Of a DNA stretch of 64,000 nucleotides, positions 31,628 through 40,455 are shown piece by piece (position 1 is the stretch's first letter; each line of letters starts with the position of its first letter). The notes under the pieces were generated by a model that saw only the letters and a program-made list of their open reading frames with translations, was not told the origin of the DNA and ran no database searches. Both the position numbers and the translations under genes were made by a program. Source of the DNA: an uncultured Nitrospiraceae bacterium (GTDB lineage: Bacteria; Nitrospirota; Thermodesulfovibrionia; Thermodesulfovibrionales; UBA6898); contig CAWEQH010000008.1 in assembly GCA_963811165.1 (NCBI GenBank), positions 384,001 through 448,000 on the forward strand, given 5' to 3'.

Positions 31628-31729
31628 ACCTATTCCTCCCGTCAATCGAGCACTGCCGATGCGCGATAATGCCTCGTGTTTACATTTATACTGGGTTATT
31701 CATATTTCATTTCTTTTTTTTAATGGTCT

Positions 31730-34700
31730 TTATCTTATCTTAAGCGCCGGATCGCCCAGGATGCCGTATATGTCGGTCATAAAGGGCAGGGAGCCGGTCA
31801 GCTTGTATTTTGCGAGTGCCTGTTTCACCGCGTCGCCGAGGGTCTTTTTCTTGTCTGTGAAAACGGCCTTATAGAACTCCCTGTTCAGTATTTTAGCCTC
31901 TGAGTCGTCTGAGAGTCCAGTGGAAGACCATACTGCAGCCGCACCGCCGTTGTCTTTCAAGACAAGCAGACTGCCTAACGTGGAATACCCGGGGATTGCA
32001 AATTCACCCGCCGAACATGTCATGGCAGTCACGATGGGAAGTCCTGCTGCATTTGGCAGAAGGGGCATATCGTCAGTAGTCAGCACCCCCTGTCCTGAAA
32101 GCTGGTACGGCGAGGCATGGCCTATGTAGTTGAAAAATGCCGCCCCGATGCCGAGGTCATTGAAAAGCATGGTTCTTGCGGTGTTGGCAGAGACCTCCGA
32201 AAGGTATACCTTTTCCCTTATATAGTTGTAAGGGAAGAGGGCCGCCAGCCCTTCGCTTTCGGCTGTAAAATCCCCTGCCTCGTCGGGGTTGTCGGCAAGC
32301 AGGATTATCCGGTTGCCCTTGGTCTTCTCAAAGTTCTTTATGTTGGTTATGGCATTCTGCAACTCCTTGGGCGTCAGCGCCGGCAGTCTCCCTATCGCCA
32401 TCTCGGGCAGATGGTTCCCATTTATATCGGCCAGAGAATTGTCGGATGTGGCCAGACCGTATAACGACGGGACCAAAGCCGGAGGGATCAGGTTCCAGCC
32501 GAACCCCAGGTTGTCCCTGTAGTCCCATGTGCCCTCTCCGGCCAGGACCACGTATTGCGGCGCTTTCTTCCAGTTGGAATACGCATACGAAAGGAACTTT
32601 CTGATGGCGTCCGGGCTTGAAAGACCGAAGTTGAATTCGTTCATAATATCATCGACGTTTATGACCATTGTCTTGAGCCCCTGTGATGTCCTGTAATCCG
32701 CAAGGGGTTTGGCGGCTGAGGCCAGTTCCGACGGGGCTATCACGATGTAGTCGGCCGCGTTACTCCTGGCCTGCAGATTCGATGGGTTGACCGCCTCGGC
32801 GTTAACGACCTTAGTGACAGCATCTGCCGCTACCGACATATAAAGCGCTCCCGGTGAAACAGGGGTCAGGCTGACCTGCCAGTCGCCGGTAGTGCCGGTA
32901 ACAACGGCAGAGGTGTTCAGTTTCGGCAGTTGTTGGTTCGTAATGTCCAAGACAAGTATGTCCGGAGTATCCGAGGTGAACCCTCCGACACTTACGCTTT
33001 TGTTGCCGTCTCCCCTGAAGACCAGCTCATCGCCGTCTGTGTTATATAATCTTTTGTATTGGAGGTCGAAGGAGTCTATGAGATCATAACTCCAGGGGAC
33101 CCCTGCATCGAGCAGACCAGCCACCTCAAGCGTATTATTCCCCTCGACAATCAAAGACTGAGAGAAAGAAGCGGTCAGGGTATAGGCGTCCAGGCCGCTC
33201 CAGAGCCCTTCACCTATCTGATGATCGTTTAGCTTCACCACCACATGATGGTCGGGAGTCATTCCGGTATCCGATCCGCCAAGGAGATGCAGCTGCAGGG
33301 TGGCCATGTCCTGCGTGTCCGCTTTCCCGGTTACCTGGAACGAAAGTTCTTTTGGAAGGTCTGAGTAAGCAGGGCTGAGGTAGATGCCCGTCCAGGCCCA
33401 CAGGTCCGCTTCAGGGTCGGTGAACTGGCCGAGGTTCGGGATTAAGTCCTGTTCGAGGTGCAAGGTGTCCGTGAAGGTCTCATCCCCCGTTACAGCGACA
33501 GGCTTCGGACCGGTCTCGTTGGTCATGGGCGTTCCCTTGCCGCTATCTATCCAGTATATGTTATCACGGGTATACACATTGTCCGTCCCAACGCCGTAGA
33601 AGAAGATGCCGGTGTTGTTCTGTGCAGGCAGATAGGCAACCTGCTTGCCCTGGCTGCTCATGGACAACTGGTTGTTTTTGATCATATCAGAGGCTTTTGC
33701 GTAGCTGATACCCAGCATGGATGAGATATCGTTTGCATCTACGTAATAGAGCCCGTTGTCCGTAATAGGGATCTTTATGCGGATTCCGGTCTGTTTCGTA
33801 TTGGGGTCCTTTACCGATCTTTCGAAAGAGTCCCGTGACTGTAAGCGGGCCTTCTCTGAGACCGACAGTCCACGGGGTTCTCTGGTGTAGTCGGAAGAAG
33901 AGGAGGCGTTTACGCCTGCTGACGTTGCCGCACTGCTCTTGAGTGCCTGAGAGCCGATGGCATTTCCGCCTCCGACCACGATGGAGAAGGGGCCGTATAT
34001 GATTCGATTGCCGCTCTTTTCAACCTCGACAAGCTTGTACTTATAGGATCCGCCAGGTGAAGCATCCCTGTCGATAAGCGTATATGTTCCGCCATTAGGC
34101 GACGTGAGCATCCCCGGCAGCAGGCCCTCTGTCACACTCTGGTATTTACCTGTGGCAGGGTCAAGTCTCTGCAGGTAAAAGCCCAGCGTATTATTCTCCA
34201 GCGTCGTCTCCCACTCCACTACCACCTGGCCGTTAAGCTCATGGGCACTGAAATCAGAAAGAATGGCAAGAGTAGGCGTGATCGTAGTCGTATCCTGCGC
34301 GATATTGTTGTTTGTGTTTGCTTCACTCTGACCGGTGAGGCTTACTATTGCAGTGTTGGTCAAGGTGTAGGGAGCACTCGGCGATACATTGACCGTCAAC
34401 ATGATGGCCGGGTAGCTGCCTCCTGCGGCAAGCGCGTCAATCCTAGTGCAGGTGAGTGTCCCCAGGACACAGCTCCACCCTGTACCGGAGATAGCCGTCG
34501 CGGTGAGACCTAAAGGAAGGGTATCGGTTACTGTTACTGTCCCGGTTGTCGCTCCCCCGCCTATGTTGCTGACCGTGATCGTATACGGTGCGCCGTTTTG
34601 CCCCAGGTGGAAGGCGCCGGTGTGAGTTTTCGATACCGTCAGATCAGGCGACTGGGTTACCGTCGCAGAATCCGTTGCTGTATAACCGCCCGTGGCGTCA

Positions 34701-37700
34701 CCGCCGCCGCTTACAGCGACACTGTTGACCAGAGGACTCCCTGCATTTAGCGCCACGTTTACGGTCAACGTTATGGGATTGCCGTTGTTGCCTGCATTTA
34801 TTACAGTATTTGAGGTGCAGGTCACCACTTGCCCGGCAGCACCGCAGGCCCAGCCCGTCCCAGTGCCGGACACATATGTCAAACCTGCCGGCAAGGTGTC
34901 TGTCACCGTTATGGTCCCGGCTGTAGCAGCCGTGCCTATATTCCGGGGCGTAATCGTGTATTGTGCACCGTTTTGCCCCTGGGTGAAGTTGCCGGCATGG
35001 GTCTTCGTTACCGTCAGGTCCGGCGCTGTTGCCAACACTGTCGTTGGATCTGTTGCCGTATCGTTGGTCGCGTTGGTTTCGCCTCCGCCACTGACGACGA
35101 CAGTGTTGTTGCCGGTAGCTGCGGTTGCTGACAGACTAACGGTCAGCGTAATCGCAGGGTAGCTCGCCCCTGCTGCAAGCGCGTCACTACGCGTGCAGGT
35201 TCGCGTGCCAAGAACGCACGTCCATCCCGGTCCGCTTATGGCTGTTGCTGTGTACTGAGCACTCGGCAGGGTATCGGTTACCGTTACCGTCCCTGTTGTC
35301 GGTGATCCGCCTATGTTGTTAACAATGATCCTATACTGTGCGCCGGTCTGGCTTCGGTAGAAGTTGCCGGTATGGCTCTTCGTAACCGTCAGATCAGGCG
35401 ACTGGGTTACCGTCGTTGGGTCGAAGGCCCTGTCGTTGCTTGTGTAGGTTTGATTACCGCCGCTGATAGTGGCGATGTTAACGAGCGAAGAAGCCGCATT
35501 GGGAGAAACGTTGACGGTCAGCGTGATGGGGTTGCCGGTAGCGCCCGCATTGATGTTGCTGCCAGTTGTACAGGTTACCACTTGGCCGGCAACACCGCAG
35601 GCCCAGCCAGTCCCGGTGCCGGACACATAGGTCAAACCCGCGGGCAGGGTGTCGGTTATCGTTATGTTCGCGGTCGCACTTGCCGTACCTATGTTTCTCG
35701 GCGTGATCGTATACGTCGCGCCATTCTGCCCCTGGGTGAAGTTGCCGGCATGGGTCTTCGTTACCGTCAGGTCAGACGCTGTGACAGATACAGTCGTTGA
35801 ATCTGTTGCCGTATCGTTGCCCACGTTGGTTTCGCCTCCGCCGCTTACGCTGACGTTATTGACCAGTGGAGTCACTGCGCCGGCTGCCACGTTGACAGTC
35901 AGCGTTATGGGATTGCCTGCGCCACCACCTGGTGTTATGACGGCACTCGATGTGCAGGTCACCACCTGCCCGACAGCGCCGCAGCTCCACCCCGTCCCGG
36001 TGCCGGACGCATAGGTAAAGCCGGTCGGCAAGGTATCGGTTACCGTTATCGTCCCGGTTGTCGGTGACCCGCCTATGTTGTTAACAGTGATCGTATACTG
36101 CGCGCCGAGCTGCCCTCTGTAGAAGTTGCCTGTATGGCTCTTCGTAACCGTCAGGTCAGGCGCCGTCGTTACTATCGTCGAATCTGCTGCCGTATCGTTG
36201 TTTGTGTTGTTTTCTCCGCCACCGCTGACACTGACATTGTTGACCAGCGGACTGCCTGCGCCCGCTGCCACGTTGACAGTTAGCGTAATGGGGTTGCCGT
36301 CGCTTCCTGCCGCTATGGATGTGCTCGATGTGCAGGTCACCGCTTGCCCGACAGCCCCGCAGGCCCAGCCTGTCCCGATGCCGGACACATAGGTCAAACC
36401 CGTTGGCAGCGTATCGGTTACCGTTATCGTCCCGGCAGTGGGCAAGGTGCCTTCATTGCTGACCATGATCGTATACTGTGCGCCGCTCTGTCCCTGGAAG
36501 AAGTTGCCGGTGTGGCTCTTCGCTACCGTCAGGTCTGGGCCCACAAATGTAGATGCGCTCGATGTATTATTGGCAGGATTGGCGTCTGTCGAGGTAGTGG
36601 TGATGGCAGAACTTGCCGGTACAATTCCTGAGCCAGGCGCGGTGTAACTGAACCCGATGTTAAAGGCTTCAGAGCTTGCAATGGTAGTCGGAAGTCCGGT
36701 AAAGGTTATCACCCCGGTTGTATTATCGTAACTTGGTGTCACTCCTGTGGGAAGCTGGGTAAAGGTAATCCACAGAGGATAATAACTGCTGCTGCCTATG
36801 GTCGCCGAATAGGTCACCGCAGTTGCTGTAGTTGCTCCATTGTTCGTAAACAAGATATTGCCGGTAACCGTAGACCATGGCGCCGCTATTGATAGAACGC
36901 TTATTGTAGTCATGACATCGGTTGTGCCGATGAAGGTGGTTATAGAATCATTATTATTTGCAGGAACGCCGTCCGTGTCCGTAGTGCCAATATGAGTATT
37001 GACCGTAACTGACCCGCTCGCAGGGGCCGTATAACTGTAAGTCATTGGCGCAGTCGTCGTAGCGCCAAGCACCATCTGTCCTGCCGTAAGTGTTGTAGGC
37101 AACGCGGTGCCGCCAAAGGTTACAACCCCTGTAATATTGTTGTAGCTTGCTGTGGTACCCGTAGGAAGATTGCCGAAAGTTACGGTGCCAAGCCCCGGAG
37201 ACAGTGACATCGCATAGGTTATGCCGTGGGCTGTCCCGGTACCGTTGTTGGCAAAAGCGAAGGTCCCCTGCACAGTGCTTCCTGCAGTCGCAGTGGCTGC
37301 GCCGGTCACCGTGGTTGCCGCATCAACATTTACTGCTATGACTGACAGGGTTTGAACTGAGGGGGTAAAGGAATAATATGTCCAGAGATTGACGGCTTTC
37401 GTATCCCCCCATGCATTATCTGTAACAACACAATCAAGGTTTGAGGCAACGGTGCCGGCATTTACACCCCAGGTGCGGTAGGCGGTCGAAGAATCAATGC
37501 CGCTAAGGTTGTAGGCAGGGTTCGGCTGGGCCGGGGTTGCGTTAGGGCAAAGGATTCCATTGAGAGTACCGACGGCGATTCCACTGTCCAGAACATACCC
37601 GCGGTCGTCATAAAAGACCGTGCTATCAGGAGCACCGGAGCCGTTTAAACGGGTGATATGCGGACCGCCGTAATAATTATTCTCGGCATCGATGATCGGG

Positions 37701-39058
37701 AAATGGACCTCGCCGTTACGGCCGGAAACCCGGAAGGGATACGGTCCCCCGGCCGGAAAGTCGACATTGGCATTGTTCCTGCCGTCCCAGGCGACGGTGT
37801 GACTGCCGCTTGCGGCAAGTCCTGTCAATGTACGGTTGTTCACATTCGCAGGGTCAAAATCAATCCCATCGAGACTGATCACAATCTGGTAGGTGATGGT
37901 GTTAGAGGTATCGAATGTAAACGTTCCTCCGGTCCCTAAGTACGAGGTTGACCCGGAGACATTGCCGACAAAATTAATGTTGCTGACTGTCGGCGAAGGC
38001 GGCGTGAGCGGAATGTTGAGAGCTGAGAGAACCCGGTTGACCTCAGCAGCGTAAGCGCCTGAGTAACTTACGTCGCTGAAAAATAGCGGATATTCTGCCC
38101 TTTGCGTTGTCGCCCCCATAGGCAGGGTAGTTACCAGTGGCTCATTACCGCGCAGGTCTTTATATAGCGGCTGGCCAAAGTCCATAAATCCCAGTGAATT
38201 TGCATATGTGGCATAGCCATTGCCGTCCAGCCCATTGAGGTCCTGCTGGTAACGATAGCCGTCCAAAGTAACATAGTAGACGGAGTAATAGACAGGCCGT
38301 GAGTTGGCGCCGGTAAAACCGATGAAGGCATAGGTAAAGAGTCGCCCGTTAATATCGGCGATGGACGCTGCGGTTGCACGGACAGTGACGTCCCACGCCG
38401 ATACGCCGCAATAGTCGATAGAGGGAGTGCCGATGACGCCGTCAGGGGCATTGCAAGTGCCGGGCACTGCTTCAAATAGCACGCCATAAACGCCGGTAAC
38501 GGGCGCCCGGTAGGCACAAGGCTGAAATCCGCCTCCGCCCGACGCATCAGTAGAATTATCAGCGCTTCTTGGTCCGGCCAGTTCCTGGGCGCGGGTGGCA
38601 ATTAAGCCTGTGGTTCCACCGAAGTAGTGCGGTCCGGGTTGTGTAGAGCCCGCCGAGCAGGTGAAATCGGGTGTCCCCTGATTCGCTGCGTTGTAAATTT
38701 CATCGCCGGAGACGCCGAAGTCCTGAGGGTTATAAACGTTTATGTCACCGCCACTGGACCGGTTTCTTGAGCCGAGCACAATATATTCCCCTTGCTGGGC
38801 ATACACATACAGAAAGCCGCTACGCCTCACCTTCCCTACATAGCGATTAGGCGCGAGGATCGTACCCGGCTCAAGGTCGAGATTCGCCCTGAAACCCCCG
38901 GCAGGATAGCTCGCCGGGTAGAGAGTACGACTCCCTTCAGCATATGCCCGCGCGGTCAGTAAACCAGATATACCTAACAAGATACCAAGCACCAGAAGGG
39001 AGATAGCCCTCAAGCGGCAAGATCGGAAATGCAGAGGCAACCACGCAATCTTTTTCAT
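31730..39058 (-). CDS. giant secreted surface protein: N-terminal domain, DUF11 repeats, PT..LS.FSA domain, C25 (gingipain/PorU-like) cysteine peptidase
   Basis: Signal peptide (RAYA|EG); six PDLTVTK...DTLP...N repeats; ADYIVIAP, YVVLAGE, IGRLP, NYIGH (His), AMTC (Cys), LGDPAL; start set at ATG 39058. Confidence 0.9.
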   Translation of the reverse strand: MKKIAWLPLHFRSCRLRAISLLVLGILLGISGLLTARAYAEGSRTLYPASYPAGGFRANLDLEPGTILAPNRYVGKVRRSGFLYVYAQQGEYIVLGSRNRSSGGDINVYNPQDFGVSGDEIYNAANQGTPDFTCSAGSTQPGPHYFGGTTGLIATRAQELAGPRSADNSTDASGGGGFQPCAYRAPVTGVYGVLFEAVPGTCNAPDGVIGTPSIDYCGVSAWDVTVRATAASIADINGRLFTYAFIGFTGANSRPVYYSVYYVTLDGYRYQQDLNGLDGNGYATYANSLGFMDFGQPLYKDLRGNEPLVTTLPMGATTQRAEYPLFFSDVSYSGAYAAEVNRVLSALNIPLTPPSPTVSNINFVGNVSGSTSYLGTGGTFTFDTSNTITYQIVISLDGIDFDPANVNNRTLTGLAASGSHTVAWDGRNNANVDFPAGGPYPFRVSGRNGEVHFPIIDAENNYYGGPHITRLNGSGAPDSTVFYDDRGYVLDSGIAVGTLNGILCPNATPAQPNPAYNLSGIDSSTAYRTWGVNAGTVASNLDCVVTDNAWGDTKAVNLWTYYSFTPSVQTLSVIAVNVDAATTVTGAATATAGSTVQGTFAFANNGTGTAHGITYAMSLSPGLGTVTFGNLPTGTTASYNNITGVVTFGGTALPTTLTAGQMVLGATTTAPMTYSYTAPASGSVTVNTHIGTTDTDGVPANNNDSITTFIGTTDVMTTISVLSIAAPWSTVTGNILFTNNGATTATAVTYSATIGSSSYYPLWITFTQLPTGVTPSYDNTTGVITFTGLPTTIASSEAFNIGFSYTAPGSGIVPASSAITTTSTDANPANNTSSASTFVGPDLTVAKSHTGNFFQGQSGAQYTIMVSNEGTLPTAGTITVTDTLPTGLTYVSGIGTGWACGAVGQAVTCTSSTSIAAGSDGNPITLTVNVAAGAGSPLVNNVSVSGGGENNTNNDTAADSTIVTTAPDLTVTKSHTGNFYRGQLGAQYTITVNNIGGSPTTGTITVTDTLPTGFTYASGTGTGWSCGAVGQVVTCTSSAVITPGGGAGNPITLTVNVAAGAVTPLVNNVSVSGGGETNVGNDTATDSTTVSVTASDLTVTKTHAGNFTQGQNGATYTITPRNIGTASATANITITDTLPAGLTYVSGTGTGWACGVAGQVVTCTTGSNINAGATGNPITLTVNVSPNAASSLVNIATISGGNQTYTSNDRAFDPTTVTQSPDLTVTKSHTGNFYRSQTGAQYRIIVNNIGGSPTTGTVTVTDTLPSAQYTATAISGPGWTCVLGTRTCTRSDALAAGASYPAITLTVSLSATAATGNNTVVVSGGGETNATNDTATDPTTVLATAPDLTVTKTHAGNFTQGQNGAQYTITPRNIGTAATAGTITVTDTLPAGLTYVSGTGTGWACGAAGQVVTCTSNTVINAGNNGNPITLTVNVALNAGSPLVNSVAVSGGGDATGGYTATDSATVTQSPDLTVSKTHTGAFHLGQNGAPYTITVSNIGGGATTGTVTVTDTLPLGLTATAISGTGWSCVLGTLTCTRIDALAAGGSYPAIMLTVNVSPSAPYTLTNTAIVSLTGQSEANTNNNIAQDTTTITPTLAILSDFSAHELNGQVVVEWETTLENNTLGFYLQRLDPATGKYQSVTEGLLPGMLTSPNGGTYTLIDRDASPGGSYKYKLVEVEKSGNRIIYGPFSIVVGGGNAIGSQALKSSAATSAGVNASSSSDYTREPRGLSVSEKARLQSRDSFERSVKDPNTKQTGIRIKIPITDNGLYYVDANDISSMLGISYAKASDMIKNNQLSMSSQGKQVAYLPAQNNTGIFFYGVGTDNVYTRDNIYWIDSGKGTPMTNETGPKPVAVTGDETFTDTLHLEQDLIPNLGQFTDPEADLWAWTGIYLSPAYSDLPKELSFQVTGKADTQDMATLQLHLLGGSDTGMTPDHHVVVKLNDHQIGEGLWSGLDAYTLTASFSQSLIVEGNNTLEVAGLLDAGVPWSYDLIDSFDLQYKRLYNTDGDELVFRGDGNKSVSVGGFTSDTPDILVLDITNQQLPKLNTSAVVTGTTGDWQVSLTPVSPGALYMSVAADAVTKVVNAEAVNPSNLQARSNAADYIVIAPSELASAAKPLADYRTSQGLKTMVINVDDIMNEFNFGLSSPDAIRKFLSYAYSNWKKAPQYVVLAGEGTWDYRDNLGFGWNLIPPALVPSLYGLATSDNSLADINGNHLPEMAIGRLPALTPKELQNAITNIKNFEKTKGNRIILLADNPDEAGDFTAESEGLAALFPYNYIREKVYLSEVSANTARTMLFNDLGIGAAFFNYIGHASPYQLSGQGVLTTDDMPLLPNAAGLPIVTAMTCSAGEFAIPGYSTLGSLLVLKDNGGAAAVWSSTGLSDDSEAKILNREFYKAVFTDKKKTLGDAVKQALAKYKLTGSLPFMTDIYGILGDPALKIR
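31732..34252. repeat. copy B of ~2.52 kb direct repeat (C25 module)
   Basis: Near-identical to 24506-27026. Confidence 0.95.
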
Positions 39059-39249
39059 ATTCGTTCCCTTATTTATCGGAAAATTATTGAGATTATTATA
39101 ATCGAGCCATATTATTATGTATAGTTTGCGGTTTATGAGGCGGATATTCAATCCTACCCGGGTAGGGGGTGATTATGGAAGAGGGTTCAGGTGGGCGCGG
39201 GGTAATTCCTTCCGGGCTTTTGTTGAAAAATTCACCCGTTGGCGGATAG

Positions 39250-39278
39250 TTGACATGCTCCCTTTTTGGATATATGAT
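39250..39278 (+). promoter_or_regulatory. sigma70 promoter of the ompA-like gene
   Basis: TTGACA-17 nt-TATGAT. Confidence 0.7.
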
Positions 39279-39309
39279 TTTTTTAGATCTACTATTTGAA
39301 GGAGGGAGT

Positions 39310-40278
39310 ATGAAAAAAATCGCATTTTTTATCTGTTTTTTCATCTCGGTGTTTGTTTTGCCTGCGATGCTTTATGCGGAAATAAGAGAGGGGAGTTTCG
39401 AGGTTAACCCTTACCTAGGATATTATTTCCCGTCAGGGGACCATGCTGATAAGGGAGCGGCCGGACTCCGCCTGGGGTACAATTTCACGAAGAACTGGGG
39501 CATGGAAGGTGTCTATGACCATCTTAACTCCAAAGCGGAGCTCTTCCATGCAAACGCCATGTATCACTTTATACCTGACGGCGCGTTCAATCCCTTTATC
39601 ACCGCGGGCATTGGAGACGCCTTCATCAAAGACGGCGTAAATAATAAATTTATGGGAGATGTGGGTCTCGGCGTCAAGTATTTCTTTTCCGACAGGATGG
39701 CCGCAAGGTTTGACGTCAGAGAAGTCATGACGCAATTCAGCAGTGTTTTGGCAACGGCAGGTATTACTTTCACCTTCGGGGGAAAGACACCAAAGGCGGT
39801 TCCCCCACCTCCTGAGCCCACTCCCGCGCCTGAGGTAAAGCCTACTCCGCCTCCACCTGCTCCCGAGGTAAAGCCTACTCCGCCTCCACCCGCGCCTGTA
39901 CCGGAGGCTAAAAAAGAGGTGAAGATAATACTTGAGGACATCCATTTTGATTTCGACAAGGCCACACTCACCGATTCGGCGAAAGAAATTCTTGACAGCA
40001 ATGTACGCATGATCAAAGATAATCCCGGCATTCGTGTCCAGATCGAAGGGCATGCCTGCCCGCACGGATCGGAAAAATATAACATGGCCCTGAGCGAAAG
40101 AAGGGCCGAGGCGGTGAAGGAATACCTCGTAAAGGCCGGGATCCAGGCGGATAGGCTTACGACGATAGCCTATGGCAAGACAAGACCTCTTTGCGTCGAG
40201 GAGCCTACACCTAAAAATAAGAACTCCGAGTGTATGAAATCAGACAGGAGGGTCCATTTTGAAGTTATCATTAAGTAA
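39310..40278 (+). CDS. OmpA family protein (beta-barrel + Pro-rich linker + peptidoglycan-binding domain)
   Basis: Signal peptide, barrel strands (GLRLGYNF, LGVKYFF), IHFDFDKA, IEGHA, NMALSERRAEAV, RRVHF. Confidence 0.92.
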   Translation: MKKIAFFICFFISVFVLPAMLYAEIREGSFEVNPYLGYYFPSGDHADKGAAGLRLGYNFTKNWGMEGVYDHLNSKAELFHANAMYHFIPDGAFNPFITAGIGDAFIKDGVNNKFMGDVGLGVKYFFSDRMAARFDVREVMTQFSSVLATAGITFTFGGKTPKAVPPPPEPTPAPEVKPTPPPPAPEVKPTPPPPAPVPEAKKEVKIILEDIHFDFDKATLTDSAKEILDSNVRMIKDNPGIRVQIEGHACPHGSEKYNMALSERRAEAVKEYLVKAGIQADRLTTIAYGKTRPLCVEEPTPKNKNSECMKSDRRVHFEVIIK

Positions 40279-40390
40279 AATGGAAATAAGGTCGAAAGAC
40301 GATGTTGCTGATCGAAAGTGGCAAAGATAAACAGACGCGTATATTTTGAAATTTATCGATAAATAGTATTACAATTGACGGTGAGATAGG

Positions 40391-40429
40391 CGAAAGCCCC
40401 CGGCGGTAATCAAGAGCCGGGGGCTTTCG
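40391..40429. terminator. 14-bp perfect hairpin between ompA and the FG-GAP gene
   Basis: CGAAAGCCCCCGGC...GCCGGGGGCTTTCG; T tract weak. Confidence 0.5.
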
Positions 40430-40455
40430 GTCTTTCCGTATCGGAAATAAAAAAA

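Noticed and set aside
24506..34252. Diversity-generating retroelement (TR/VR pair)
   Set aside because: No reverse transcriptase in the window, the repeat is 2.5 kb, and the differences are not adenine-specific
39073..39100. Sigma28 promoter for the giant-protein operon (minus strand TCCGATAA)
   Set aside because: No good TAAA at 15 nt; a TATAAT sigma70 -10 at 39095-39100 explains the region equally well
13150..40278. Genomic island integrated at tRNA-fMet
   Set aside because: The content looks accessory, but I found no integrase and no repeat of the tRNA 3' end by eye
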